Shown: positions 35,615-50,539, counted from the first letter of the whole stretch. The stretch is 63,850 nt of DNA, filler included, from Octopus bimaculoides (GCF_001194135.2; 7 parts of 6 records of this genome joined end to end with filler, not necessarily neighbours in it); one strand, 5' to 3'. The notes: generated by a model not told the origin, from the sequence alone. Translations and numbers: made by a program.

Positions 35615-37780
35615 GTGCATTGACTCTGGCCATCCTTGAATGGTAACTTATACAGCTATTGTTGAATCATATCAATGCAATATCGCGTAGAATTTATGAT
35701 ATTAACATTCAGTAAATAGCAACTGATAATGATGCGTTGAACTAATTTTAGTGTTTTTGTAATAAAGCTTGTTCAATCCATCCTCTTGCATTAAAATTTA
35801 TACACACATGTATCTCTCTTTTTCTCTCTCTATATCTCTGTTCTTGTGTGCGTGTGTGTGTGTGTGTGCGCGCGCGCGCATAAAATTTAAGTAAACAGAA
35901 ATTGGCAATGTTTCAGCAAAAAGGAGAATTACAAATGTCACTCAATGCGTGAGTAAGGTGCTGGGAAACACCTACATTGCTAGAAATCAGAGCTAAACCA
36001 TTCTAATACTGTAGTCAATGCACATGAGTGAAACAATATACACTAACAGGGACCATAATCGTCCGAAAAGTGCCGACCTAGAATTCTCAATGCTCAATTG
36101 TTNNNNNNNNNNNNNNNNNNNNNNNNNNNNNNNNNNNNNNNNNNNNNNNNNNNNNNNNNNNNNNNNNNNNNNNNNNNNNNNNNNNNNNNNNNNNNNNNNN
36201 NNNNNNNNNNNNNNNNNNNNNNNNNNNNNNNNNNNNNNNNNNNNNNNNNNNNNNNNNNNNNNNNNNNNNNNNNNNNNNNNNNNNNNNNNNNNNNNNNNNN
36301 NNNNNNNNNNNNNNNNNNNNNNNNNNNNNNNNNNNNNNNNNNNNNNNNNNNNNNNNNNNNNNNNNNNNNNNNNNNNNNNNNNNNNNNNNNNNNNNNNNNN
36401 NNNNNNNNNNNNNNNNNNNNNNNNNNNNNNNNNNNNNNNNNNNNNNNNNNNNNNNNNNNNNNNNNNNNNNNNNNNNNNNNNNNNNNNNNNNNNNNNNNNN
36501 NNNNNNNNNNNNNNNNNNNNNNNNNNNNNNNNNNNNNNNNNNNNNNNNNNNNNNNNNNNNNNNNNNNNNNNNNNNNNNNNNNNNNNNNNNNNNNNNNNNN
36601 NNNNNNNNNNNNNNNNNNNNNNNNNNNNNNNNNNNNNNNNNNNNNNNNNNNNNNNNNNNNNNNNNNNNNNNNNNNNNNNNNNNNNNNNNNNNNNNNNNNN
36701 NNNNNNNNNNNNNNNNNNNNNNNNNNNNNNNNNNNNNNNNNNNNNNNNNNNNNNNNNNNNNNNNNNNNNNNNNNNNNNNNNNNNNNNNNNNNNNNNNNNN
36801 NNNNNNNNNNNNNNNNNNNNNNNNNNNNNNNNNNNNNNTATATATATATATATATATAACAAATAATAAATGAGTATATGCATATATACGTACAAGTATG
36901 TGCATACCTACATCTACTTGTATATATAGGTGCATATCTGGGTACAGGACGTTGCAAACAAAACGTAGACAAAAAAATAATAATAACCAGAGTACAGAAA
37001 ACACACAGGCCACATAGAGAACATTTTCCTTCATCAGCTACCCCCATTCTAACACAGGCGTTTATATATATATATATATGCGTTAAGAGAAAAAACCCGT
37101 CTATTTTTATTGTGTTATCGCCGTTTCCTACAGTAGTTCGCTTTGATGCAACACTCAAAACAAACATAGGCAATGCCTGTTCAACAGCTACCCTGTTTCA
37201 AAAGTTACTTGAAATACTGAAAAACAAAAAAATCGTCTTCGTCAGACGACGTCAACATAACGAAACGACTGTCGCAGAGAAGGAACGGTTGACCCTGCTC
37301 TAAGAAATGTGGAAAAAAAAAAGAAGACGAAAAATGGAAAACATACAGCCGAGCAGAACGAAAGAACAACGACGAAAAGTGCCCCACCACCCTCACCCCG
37401 GGTGGTTAAATACCGAATACAACCCACCACTACCACCCATCCATCCCCAAAAAACAAGCAGGCGAATATGCTTCTCGCCGCTTCCTCTCTCTCACACATA
37501 TACATACACTTAGACTTCTTTTTTTATAGCTTTCGGTTCCATAGTGTACTTACTGTAGTGCCTGTTATAATCGTACATAGCACAATATCGAATCAACGCA
37601 TTTGTCAACAGTTAATGAGGGACTGTTGTACAAACTACGGGATGAAGGCTGAAGGAATAAATGAAGTAAGCGGAAAGACAAATGATCTCACAGACAGATG
37701 AAACGGGTTTATTAGCAATAAGCTGTTCAATGATAGAATAATTAGGCGATTTGATATGATTTTGACGAGCACATCGAAAC

Positions 37781-37815
<35 letters not shown>

Positions 37816-38344
37816 NNNNNNNNNNNNNNNNNNNNNNNNNNNNNNNNNNNNNNNNNNNNNNNNNNNNNNNNNNNNNNNNNNNNNNNNNNNNNNNNNNNNN
37901 NNNNNNNNNNNNNNNNNNNNNNNNNNNNNNNNNNNNNNNNNNNNNNNNNNNNNNNNNNNNNNNNNNNNNNNNNNNNNNNNNNNNNNNNNNNNNNNNNNNN
38001 NNNNNNNNNNNNNNNNNNNNNNNNNNNNNNNNNNNNNNNNNNNNNNNNNNNNNNNNNNNNNNNNNNNNNNNNNNNNNNNNNNNNNNNNNNNNNNNNNNNN
38101 NNNNNNNNNNNNNNNNNNNNNNNNNNNNNNNNNNNNNNNNNNNNNNNNNNNNNNNNNNNNNNNNNNNNNNNNNNNNNNNNNNNNNNNNNNNNNNNNNNNN
38201 NNNNNNNNNNNNNNNNNNNNNNNNNNNNNNNNNNNNNNNNNNNNNNNNNNNNNNNNNNNNNNNNNNNNNNNNNNNNATATATATATATATATATATACCC
38301 ACACATATAAACACATATATATATATATATACATATATCTATCT

Positions 38345-38750
38345 TTTACTGGATTCTTCCCAGGGCTGAGGTCATGCTGGTGCACCGCCTGTAGTTACTC
38401 GGTGTTGTTTCCGGTATTGTTTTTCGTGAAGTAGCGAGCTGGACGGAGTTGATTTTCTTCTTTGTGTCTGCTGCCGCAAACACAAAGGGTTCATCTGGTG
38501 TCTAAGATAGAAACCTGTCCAGATGTCCCTTGAAAATTTTCACATCAACACCATGTGTATCTCTAAGGTTATCTAGATGAATGTTGAACAATTGTAGGCC
38601 CTTAAAACCCAGACTATTGCAGTACTGTGTCCTTATTTTAGATAGGGAAGACGGGATCTTTTGTATGATGCAATGCTGTCCAGTTCGAGGTTTGGTATAG
38701 CTGTCAATTCCAAAATTGGGAGCTAAACCCTCCAGCATGTGGTGAAAAAA
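38345..38750 (-). mobile_element. CR1/L2-group LINE 3' ORF2 fragment
   Basis: LEGLAPNFGI...NSLGFKGLQLFNIHLDNLRD...FKGHLDRFLS*TPDEP resembles the conserved R.P.L.N.LP...FK..LD.FL..PD.P end of CR1/L2-type ORF2. Confidence 0.8.
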
Positions 38751-39524
38751 TATATAAGAAAAGAAAGAAAATGCACACAATTTATATACTTTAAATGGAT
38801 TTTAAAGGAGAGAACATTATGATAGTCGCCCAGTTTCGCCTTTCCCTAATCATGGCATTGAAATTGGCGAAAATATTGCAAATTTCGTATTTTCTTGAGA
38901 AGTTCTTTTAGTCCATAGTTGGTTGTTTGAGAGTTTGTTTGTAAATGAATCAGCCTACACGAGTGTTATGTCGAAAAAATCCTGGCTTGAAGGGTGTCGT
39001 GACAGGCCTGGCTGGAGGCCCGACACTCCGAGTTCTTTTACAGGGCTTAGAAAAACTGAAGACCGCTGCAATGAGTGTATGAATCTAAGAATATGTTGGA
39101 TAAAATTGTAATTAACTGATCCTCCTGTAATTTTTTTTCCCAGGGTCAGGAACTTTCCCGCTCCCGCTCGTGTAGACACGCGCGCACACGAGAACTCATT
39201 TTCTAATTAACATCAAATAAAAACAAAACAAAATTAAAATCAGCTAATACATGTATGTTTGTATGTGTGTAGATACGCATATGCATATGCGTATGCGTAA
39301 CAAGAAGGCGGGTAATATTTCTGAGGGGATAATACATCTATGTAACTTCTCTGCATATTAACAACACATACAGTGAAGACCTTGCATACGTTATGCAGTG
39401 AGACGAGGGATTTCGATGATCTGAGATTAACCATGGAAGTACTAGACAAAAACCCTGGGGTTGATTAAAGGTAAAGCAATCATGGTGGACGATAACTCCA
39501 ATAAGGTCACTATTTGGTTAATGT

Positions 39525-39576
<52 letters not shown>

Positions 39577-39734
39577 TGCGATAACTTGGGAACATGTCTT
39601 CTACAAAAGCCTTCTAGGTGGATANNNNNNNNNNCCACCACCACCTTCATCGCTTGCAAACCGGTGTAGTTTTATTTACAATGCCGTAATTTAGTGGTTC
39701 GGTAAAAAAAAAAAAAAATAAAATCACCGATAGA

Positions 39735-40150
39735 ATAAATATCGTGTATTTCAGCGACCCCGAAAAGAAGAAAAGCAAGGTAGTACTCGGCGGAATTTGA
39801 ACTCAGAACGTAAAGAGCTAGTACAGGGTCGGACAAAATGCTCAGCGCCATTTCGTTCGACGCTCTAACGATGCGTCGGACAAAATGCTTTGCGACATTT
39901 CGTTTGACTGTTCTAATAATAACTATCATCTTTTACCTTCTACTTGTTTCATTCAGTAGACTGCGGCCATACGGCAGCACCGCTTTGAAGAATTTTTTTA
40001 GTCGAACAAATTGACCCCAGTACTATTATTTTTTTTCCTTTATAAGCCTGTTACTTATTCTATCGATGTCTTTGGCCGAACCGTTACGTTACGGGGACGT
40101 AAACACACCAGCACCGGTTGTCAAGCGGCGGTGGGTGAACAAACACAAGA
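39735..40150 (-). mobile_element. SINE family C fragment (about 39735-39880) and family A 3' part (about 39930-40150)
   Basis: Reverse-complement matches to 57000-57185 and 61290-61485 respectively. Confidence 0.8.
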
Positions 40151-41439
40151 CCTAAACGCGCACAAAATAACGCAAGGTGTTTCAAACATTTTTTTGTTTT
40201 TTGTTTTGTTTTTGTTCTTGTTGTTTTGCTTTTTGTTTTTCTTGGCACTCTACCGATGTCGACCAATAACAACGCGCAGACAAGTATCTGTGTCACACAG
40301 TTTTCGTCTGGACCAGAGCTGATTCACTTGCTGCAGGTGGCTACCGAAACAACAAAAGCAACAGGTAGTGAATGACAGTCGTTCCACCAACAACCTGTGT
40401 ACCACATGCTTTTCTTTTGGGACAGAGCTGACCAGTTGCCGTGGGTGGATAGTCAACAATTTTAGATACAATCTAACAATTTGTCGACACCTTAACAATA
40501 ATGTATTTATATACAAACAATTTATACAAGAGATAAAGGCTGATAAGTTAAGCAACCGAGGATCGTGTTCATATTGGGGGATATGATACTAAATTATTGA
40601 TTCAGTTCTTATTCCTTCTCCCACTATATCATAGAGAGACAGACAAGTCAAACTGAGAGAAGAAAGAGGTAGATAGATAGACAGACAGACAGACAGATAG
40701 ATAGATAGATAGATGGATATAGATAGATGGATGGATGGATGCATGCATATGTGTATACATAATTACGTGGGCGTGTATATATAAAAGTATATAAATATAC
40801 ATATATAGGTGAATAGATGCGCAAGTACATGCATATAAGCATACATGTATATATATATGTATGTATGCATGTATGTATGCTTATATACACATGTATAATA
40901 AGGCTGTCTATCTAATCCTCCTCATTTCGATCATTCAACAATTCCAAATAATATATATATAATGTATATATATATATATAATTGTATTATGTATATATAT
41001 ATATATATATATAATACATATATAATATATTATACATATATAATATATATATATATTATACATATATATATTATACATATATATATATATATANNNNNNN
41101 NNNNNNNNNNNNNNNNNNNNNNNNNNNNNNNNNNNNNNNNNNNNNNNNNNNNNNNNNNNNNNNNNNNNNNNNNNNNNNNNNNNNNNNNNNNNNNNNNNNN
41201 NNNNNNNNNNNNNNNNNNNNNNNNNNNNNNNNNNNNNNNNNNNNNNNNNNNNNNNNNNNNNNNNNNNNNNNNNNNNNNNNNNNNNNNNNNNNNNNNNNNN
41301 NNNNNNNNNNNNNNNNNNNNNNNNNNNNNNNNNNNNNNNNNNNNNNNNNNNNNNNNNNNNNNNNNNNNNNNNNNNNNNNNNNNNNNNNNNNNNNNNNNNN
41401 NNNNNNNNNNNNNNNNNNNNNNNNNNNNNNNNNNNNNNN

Positions 41440-41485
<46 letters not shown>

Positions 41486-41654
41486 ATATATATATATGTA
41501 TATGATATATATATATAATATATATGTATATATAATATATATACAGTATATATATATATAATACATATAACGCATATATATACATAATATATGCGTTATA
41601 TGTATTATATGTGTGTGTGCGTGTGCGTGTGCGCGTGTGTGCCTGTGTGTGTGT

Positions 41655-41840
41655 TGATGTGTCTGTCCACCAACATCGCTTGACAACCGATGCTGGTGTG
41701 TCTCCGTCTCCGTAACTTAGCGGTTCGGCCTAAGAGACGATAGAATATGTACTAGGCTTACAAAGAGTAAATCCTGGGGACGATTTGCTCGACTAAAAGA
41801 GGTGCTACAGCATGGCCGCACTCAAATGACTGAAAAAAGT
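41655..41840 (+). mobile_element. SINE family A 3' part
   Basis: CATCGCTTGACAACCGATGCTGGTGTG...GCATGGCCGCA...AATGACTGAAA matches 61290-61470. Confidence 0.85.
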
Positions 41841-41890
41841 TTTTAAAATATATTATATATATAATACATATATATAATATATATTATATA

Positions 41891-41949
<59 letters not shown>

Positions 41950-43156
41950 CTATATATATAACATATGTATAATATATATATATATATATAACATATATGT
42001 ATAATATATATATNNNNNNNNNNNNNNNNNNNNNNNNNNNNNNNNNNNNNNNNNNNNNNNNNNNNNNNNNNNNNNNNNNNNNNNNNNNNNNNNNNNNNNN
42101 NNNNNNNNNNNNNNNNNNNNNNNNNNNNNNNNNNNNNNNNNNNNNNNNNNNNNNNNNNNNNNNNNNNNNNNNNNNNNNNNNNNNNNNNNNNNNNNNNNNN
42201 NNNNNNNNNNNNNNNNNNNNNNNNNNNNNNNNNNNNNNNNNNNNNNNNNNNNNNNNNNNNNNNNNNNNNNNNNNNNNNNNNNNNNNNNNNNNNNNNNNNN
42301 NNNNNNNNNNNNNNNNNNNNNNNNNNNNNNNNNNNNNNNNNNNNNNNNNNNNNNNNNNNNNNNNNNNNNNNNNNNNNNNNNNNNNNNNNNNNNNNNNNNN
42401 NNNNNNNNNNNNNNNNNNNNNNNNNNNNNNNNNNNNNNNNNNNNNNNNNNNNNNNNNNNNNNNNNNNNNNNNNNNNNNNNNNNNNNNNNNNNNNNNNNNN
42501 NNNNNNNNNNNNNNNNNNNNNNNNNNNNNNNNNNNNNNNNNNNNNNNNNNNNNNNNNNNNNNNNNNNNNNNNNNNNNNNNNNNNNNNNNNNNNNNNNNNN
42601 NNNNNNNNNNNNNNNNNNNNNNNNNNNNNNNNNNNNNNNNNNNNNNNNNNNNNNNNNNNNNNNNNNNNNNNNNNNNNNNNNNNNNNNNNNNNNNNNNNNN
42701 NNNNNNNNNNNNNNNNNNNNNNNNNNNNNNNNNNNNNNNNNNNNNNNNNNNNNNNNNNNNNNNNNNNNNNNNNNNNNNNNNNNNNNNNNNNNNNNNNNNN
42801 NNNNNNNNNNNNNNNNNNNNNNNNNNNNNNNNNNNNNNNNNNNNNNNNNNNNNNNNNNNNNNNNNNNNNNNNNNNNNNNNNNNNNNNNNNNNNNNNNNNN
42901 NNNNNNNNNNNNNNNNNNNNNNNNNNNNNNNNNNNNNNNNNNNNNNNNNNNNNNNNNNNNNNNNNNNNNNNNNNNNNNNNNNNNNNNNNNNNNNNNNNNN
43001 NNNNNNNNNNNNNTATATATATATAAATATAGTCAGATAGATAGATAGATAGATATAAGAAAGATATAAACAGATAGATAGATAGATAGATAAAGTTCTC
43101 GGTCGTATGGAAATAACTAAGCCCCTTCCTTCAAAACTGTTTGCCCTAAATTATAT

Positions 43157-43220
<64 letters not shown>

Positions 43221-43574
43221 GTTTGTATGTATGTATGTATGCTTGTGTGTACAGGCATATTAATATATACACACACACGCACGCTCACAAATATATATAT
43301 ATAAGCATATATGTACACACACACGTACATATACACATATATATATATATAGATAGATAGATATGCGCACGTATATACACATATATATAGATAGATATAC
43401 GCACATGTGCATACACGAGCGCACACACACACACACACACATGCACACACGCATATATCTTAGGTGATGTAAACAGGGAAATAGAGCGCAAAACATGATT
43501 GCGTACGTAGGTACAGACAGACGGACGGACGGACGGACGGACGGGCTGACAAACAGACAGACAGACAGACAGAC

Positions 43575-43621
<47 letters not shown>

Positions 43622-44177
43622 ACTTTTCGGGCGTATGGTAATGATTAACTCCCTTCAAAACTGCTTGCCCTACATTAGAAGTGTGTGTGTATAAATATAT
43701 ACACATTTCATTGTATATGTGTGTGCTTGTGCCTATGTATGTAATATGTATGTACGTGTGTCTGGCTTACTTTTTCTGCTTTAGCCCCAGGTCATTCTTG
43801 ACTGAGCAGACCCAACTGACAAGTGACAATTCCATCTTATTCAGAGGCACTGTCTCTCTAGGAGATTATCACCTAATATTTAATTAGTGTCTCAAGACCA
43901 CAGAAGATATTTCGCTATTTCTAACAGACTCATAAACTTCAAAGCATATGTGTATGGAACTTATTATTGCTCTGAAATTGTTCTTATCGTGACCAACACG
44001 TTGGTTTGAACGTCTATCATATCCACTCTGTCCATCTTATCGCTTATTTGATTCATTACGTTTCCTTCATTATAAGTCGCTAGGTTGTAATTTAAATATA
44101 AATTGGTTAGCATTTCTCGTAGGTCGTGGGACCACATTATGGCTCTCGCTTATGTATATGCGTGTTGTATATATCTC

Positions 44178-44218
<41 letters not shown>

Positions 44219-44319
44219 NNNNNNNNNNNNNNNNNNNNNNNNNNNNNNNNNNNNNNNNNNNNTTAATTAATTAANNNNNNNNNNNNNNNNNNNNNNNNNN
44301 NNNNNNNNNNNNNNNNNNC

Positions 44320-45300
44320 GCACATACATACACACACACACACACGCACAGTGGTAGAGACACACACCTTACACAGCCCTATACACACACACCCATATAT
44401 ACGCGCACGCCTACATACACAGCCGCATACACATGCACACACATACACACAGGAGTGCACACATAAAATAACACACATACCTGGCACACATCCTTACGCT
44501 CTCACACACATACGCACGCACACACACATAAACACACACATGCACACACGCACACACACCTCACATACACAAACACACACACGCACACACATACACAACA
44601 CGTATACACATATACACACATGCACACACCTCTCACATACACAATACTCACTCACGTACACAACACACACGAACGCACGAAAACATACAGAATATACACA
44701 TACACGCACGCACAAAAAATATACACACATGCGCACGGACACACACATACAGACACACATAAACACACACGCGAATACACACACACACACCCGTACCTAA
44801 CACTCACAATCCCACACACACACGCACATCCACACACATACATACACACCACATACACACACATGCACACACACTTCTCACCAACACTACACACTCACAC
44901 AGACACGCATACAAACACACACACATGGGCATAAACAACACACGCACATACAATAGCAAACGCACGCACACACGTACACAGCAACGCACATATACACAAC
45001 ATACACATAAACACAAACACACACGCACGCACAANNNNNNNNNNNNNNNNNNNNNNNNNNNNNNNNNNNNNNNNNNNNNNNNNNNNNNNNNNNNNNNNNN
45101 NNNNNNNNNNNNNNNNNNNNNCCTAACACTCACAATCCCACACACACACGCACATCCACACACATACATACACACCACATACACACACAAACACACATAC
45201 ACACTAACAGATAAACCACCAAACCATGCACACGCACGCACACACACACACACACACATGCATACGCACACACACGTTCTGTTATCACACACACTCGCAG
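44320..45300. repeat. Degenerate (CA)-rich satellite tract
   Basis: Directly visible. Confidence 0.9.
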
Positions 45301-45309
45301 ACTCTTCCG

Positions 45310-45575
45310 CACGCACAGATATTCATCTCCCGCTTTCAGTCTGCTGTCTTAGAAATAACTTTTCCCCCACCACCTCCTCTTCCGGTCCTTTCACAATGTA
45401 ACCTCGTGGGCATCGGTACCATTTTCCTCTTCCTCCGTTTTTCCATTCTCCGAACTTTCCATCTTTCCGACGAAGGGCTCCGCCCGAAACGTCATACATT
45501 CTCTCTTTCCTTTCCCGAGCGTCCAATAACACTATCCGTATCACGTCCTCACTTTGTTGTTTTTTTGTTATTGTT
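45310..45575 (+). mobile_element. Putative PLE pseudo-LTR of a second family, with a hammerhead-like motif at 45460-45500
   Basis: CCGACGA-A-GGGC(TCC)GCCC-GAAAC-GTC. The core has U4 changed to C and stem I is poor. Confidence 0.5.
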
Positions 45576-45604
45576 TTTTGTGTTTTTTTTAACTTATATA
45601 TATG

Positions 45605-45769
<165 letters not shown>

Positions 45770-45999
45770 GAAACGTAGTAGCAAAAATCAGTGCTGGCTA
45801 TGATTTCTAATGAATATCTGTAGAAATAACTTTGGCAAATAATGTAAAGCGCACTGATAACGCAGTAGAATGTGGTATTGACATAAAACATTTAATATAC
45901 TTTATAGTATATTATGGTTACTTAGCAAAATACCACGCATCTACAAATCATTAATACATATATACATTCATACAAACAAAGAAAAGTGGTTTACGGAAG

Positions 46000-48870
46000 A
46001 CCATCAGTCATGTAATGATGCTTATTACATGCAAACAAGCAAATCACTATACGTCCCACCAACAGAAATTAAAGGAGATAGAAATGATGTTTGGAGACAG
46101 CAAAAAAGAGGACACTCACTTACAAACTGATTACCCTAAAGCAGGAGCTAAAAGGTGTCAGTGAAAACCTCCGACAACAGAAGAGAATAACTGAGAGAAG
46201 AACAATAAACAAAAAAATTAACTGCAACCATGCAGGAGAGACATGAGAGGAGGAGCAGTAAACATCACGGAGGCTCCTTCACGAGAAGACATTGACTCCT
46301 TCTGGAGGAAAATCTAGAGTGAAGAGAAGGAATTTAACCAAGATGCTCTGTGACTAGAAGAAATCCGAAAAAATTACTGCTCCTGCGTTACATCCAAGAC
46401 ATACAACATTAACGGTGAAACTCATGCAACTGTGATCCAGAAATTCCAGGATGGAAAAGCACCTGGAAGAGACTTATTGTTGGATATTGGTACAAGAAGC
46501 TAATATTCTACCGACCATATCTTATTAATCTGTACTAGCAAGCTTTCATTCGGAACAGTAGCATACTACACTGGTTAGCTCTGGCAGAGACAAAATTGAT
46601 CTCCAAATGCATAACCACCCAGATGGCAAGAAACTACCGGCCAATTGCATGCCAGAACTTAATGTATAAGATATATACAGCATGTTTAAACCTCTTCCTC
46701 CAAGATCATTGTGAAACTAATAACATTATCACAGCAGAACAAGCAACTGGGAAGAAGGGAATCTGTGGATGTGCCGAGCAATTGTTAATCGACAAAACTG
46801 TGATGTCAGAGGTGCGAGAGTAAGGGAAGAACCTAGTTTCAATTTGGCGAAATTACAAGAAAGCCTTTGACTCTGTTACCCACTCATGGATGCTGGAAGC
46901 CCTTCAACTTGCTAAAGTTCCAATGAGAATAGTCAAAGTCATAACTGACCCGACTTCATCCTGGGCCACCATCTTGAAATATAAAACACAAAGAGTGACT
47001 GTATTATCACCGATGGAATACAATATCGCAAAGCCATTTTCCAAGGAGACAACCTCTCTGTGACGTTGTTTATACTTTCTTTAAACACCTTGTCATTCAT
47101 GTTAAGGAAGTCTGAAGGATATCTCACTGGTTCACAAGGAAACAGAAATATCAAAATTACACAGTTTATTTGTGGATGACTTAAAACTTCGTGCTAAAAA
47201 TATGCATGAGATGAAAAAGAGCCTTGACATAGTTACAACATTCTGCAAGATAAATGCTGTTATATGGTTGTGTAAGGAGGAAAAACTATAAACCAGACTA
47301 GTAACATCTCCATCAATGATTTAACTGTTTCTCCTGTATCTGACGAGGAATGTTACAGGTATCTATGGGTGGATGAAATATATCTTAGAATGGCACCTGT
47401 AACAAAACACGGGTCACTAAAGAATATTACAGCCGAATAAAGAAAATTTGGAAAAGTTGATTCGTTCATAATTTAATTGGTCACTGATTTAAATTAACAT
47501 TTTCAAATTCGTCAAATCTATTTGAGTCATAAATAGTTCGTATTCTTATGCAGTCAACGCCTTTCTATTCTGTTTGTATTTTTATTGTCATAACTTTCAG
47601 TAAGACCTCATTTTTTGTGTTGAAGGTTTTAGCTGTTAAAAGAGTTGTAATAAATGGAGCATTTAATGCGTTTCATTGTTTGTGTATGTCTGTATGTAAG
47701 TGAATAAGAAAAAAAGCGCAAGAGATTGTAAGACACACACACACACACGCGCATATATATATATATATACACATACTTATATATATATATGCACATACAC
47801 ACATATACATACACAAAGAAATAAAAAGAAGATATATATAGATGATGTATATCTATGCTTAAAAAGGATATGCTATTGTGCGTGTTTGGAAGTATTGTAT
47901 GTTTTAATATATGTGCGTGTGTCTGTGTATACGTGTATTTACACATGCAGTTATGGCGTTGCCGTTTGATTTCGATAATCTCTTCTCGACCAATCAACAG
48001 TACCTTGCTAGCCGCAATTGTTGAATCATTTTAAAGAAGAACAATAAAAAGCAACAGCTTGGCTACTTCCACAATACAAAGCTGCATTTTATGTATATTT
48101 GTCGAAAATTCAGAACTCTCTGCAGTCAATAAAACAGTGGTCCACAATGTGTTTGCAGTGGCAGTACTCATACCAACATTTGGGCTGCTTGATTGGAAGC
48201 TTGATGAGATCCGAAACATTGATGTGTGAACCTGAAAAATACTAACAAGCACACATAATTTCCACGTAAACAGTGACATAGACCGTCTCTACCTAAAACA
48301 TAAGCAAAGCAGCAGAGGCTTAACATCGATTCAAAATGCATTTGAATGTCGCATCATATCCCTTCAGCAAATCTTTTAACCACCAAGCGTCGAGGTGCAT
48401 CCCTTGGTTAAGTTTGCATACATGAGGCTGATAACATAATAAGACTTGGAAGGCAGCTCCTTGAGCAACACTCTTTGTCTGATTACCTAGAATACATTGC
48501 CAAAGAAGTCGCCTGACTCTACCGCAACATATCATCAGATGAAAGGATGAGCCTATATGAGCAGAAGACTATGCATGGATATGTTAATAGAAAGTTCCGT
48601 GATGATAGTAACATCGATCATCAAAGCAGTTTATCATGGCCGAATAGCCAGATTATTAGTTTCCACTTTGTAGGGTATGCGTTTGCAATCCAGGAACAGG
48701 AAATATCAACCAAACACCTGATGCACAAAAGGGATAGAGATGCGGGGAAAGCCGTAAAATCTGACAACCGATGCAGTCTTTGTGGAGTTCACACTGAAGA
48801 TATCGACCACATCATGAGCAGTTGTCCGAAAATTTCTTCACGGTATTATCTACCGATGAGACATGACGCA
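46000..48870 (+). mobile_element. Degraded R4/Dong-type non-LTR retrotransposon, interrupted at 47456-48108
   Basis: GKAPG, NYRPIACQNLMYK, YKKAFDSVTHSW, LFVDDLKL, SELSAVNK...DIDRLYL...RGL and the CCHC knuckle CSLCGVHTEDIDHIMSSC. Many stops and frameshifts. Confidence 0.85.
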
Positions 48871-50539
48871 GCTATGTATGTATAATATNNNNNNNNNNNN
48901 NNNNNNNNNNNNNNNNNNNNNNNNNNNNNNNNNNNNNNNNNNNNNNNNNNNNNNNNNNNNNNNNNNNNNNNNNNNNNNNNNNNNNNNNNNNNNNNNNNNN
49001 NNNNNNNNNNNNNNNNNNNNNNNNNNNNNNNNNNNNNNNNNNNNNNNNNNNNNNNNNNNNNNNNNNNNNNNNNNNNNNNNNNNNNNNNNNNNNNNNNNNN
49101 NNNNNNNNNNNNNNNNNNNNNNNNNNNNNNNNNNNNNNNNNNNNNNNNNNNNNNNNNNNNNNNNNNNNNNNNNNNNNNNNNNNNNNNNNNNNNNNNNNNN
49201 NNNNNNNNNNNNNNNNNNNNNNNNNNNNNNNNNNNNNNNNNNNNNNNNNNNNNNNNNNNNNNNNNNNNNNNTATATACGTGTGTGTGTGTGTGTGTATGT
49301 ACGTATGTGTGTATGTAAGCATATTTATAACTTGAGTAGCATTACAGCGTGGCTCAAACAGAAAAGGTATGTATGTGATAAGCATTTGCCTTCAGTTTCC
49401 ATGTACCATTTTGACCCGCTGGGCACCGACTTTGAATCAGTATTAGAACGACCAGCTCTGCTTTTCTTACAATCCTAACAGAAATAGTTTCTCTCTGCGT
49501 TTCAATCTAAGTAAATAAAATGGCTTAAAACTACTTATTTTGAGAAGCGTATGATTTTGAATGTGGTGCAACTCGGGTATATAATTTTCTTGTTCATTGT
49601 GTTCTGCGTTCAAATCGCGTTGTAGCTTGCTTGGTTGTTAAACTTTATCAATGGCCTACATTAATAGCACCACCTTGTAACTTGAGTAGCTTTAGCGGTC
49701 ATTCACTGGCAAGCATTTAAGCCAGGCTTCCAATTTGCGGATAGGTATCTTTCTCTTTCTCCTTCCTATGAGTGTCGGAGGCATTTTAGGCAGTGGCACA
49801 CGTCTCACACTAAAGGAATAATATAACAAATGATTAAAATAATATTAATATATTAATCATTGAACTCGTTTTCTGTTCTCTCCACATATGCATACTTGTA
49901 GTTAGACATTTAGCTCGACATTAAATAAGTTATCATGGCGTAACTGAGTAATTAACCTGATTGATGTTATAACATGTACTAATTTTTAATTATATTATTT
50001 CAATTTTTAATTTTGTATAGTCCAGGGATGGTTAACCGTTTATAATAAGGGCGCCGCATGGAATATGGCTCTTCATAAGACGGGTCACACTACTAAAAAA
50101 ATTCAAGGTAATTCTTCATTTAAGTGTGCCATTCAGAAAATCCTGTGGGCTGAAGTTGTCGACTGGAATTTACAGTATAGCACATCTACTTCTACTTTTT
50201 CGGTGGAGCTATGATTTGTAGAAGAGATTTAATATGGCCGAAACATGATCAGATTTGTTTTCCCTGTTGAGGCTAATGATTAACATATCAGGCATTAAGC
50301 TAAACATTTTGTTCGTTATCACGTAAGTATTTCTAATTAGATTTCCAGCACTCATTACCATTGATACGTGAAAAATTTGTTCAACCATTCGAAGGATGAA
50401 AACGAAATAGTCTCCCGCTGGGTTAGAAAGAGGGAACGTAACTTAATACCACATGGTATTTTATCTGTAGTTTTGATGATTCTCCCAAACGAACGTACAC
50501 ACACGTGTTTATGCATACACCTACAGACGTAAACTATGA

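Noticed and set aside
36878-37303. 141-aa ORF with a possible acceptor near 37130
   Set aside because: No recognisable domain, and the first half is repeat-derived.
40257-40376. Short ATG-initiated ORF MSTNNNAQ...
   Set aside because: No homology recognised and no convincing exon structure.
44795-45190. Direct duplication of about 65 bp (44795-44870 and 45122-45190) in the CA-rich tract
   Set aside because: Spans a gap in low-complexity sequence, so probably an assembly or slippage artefact.
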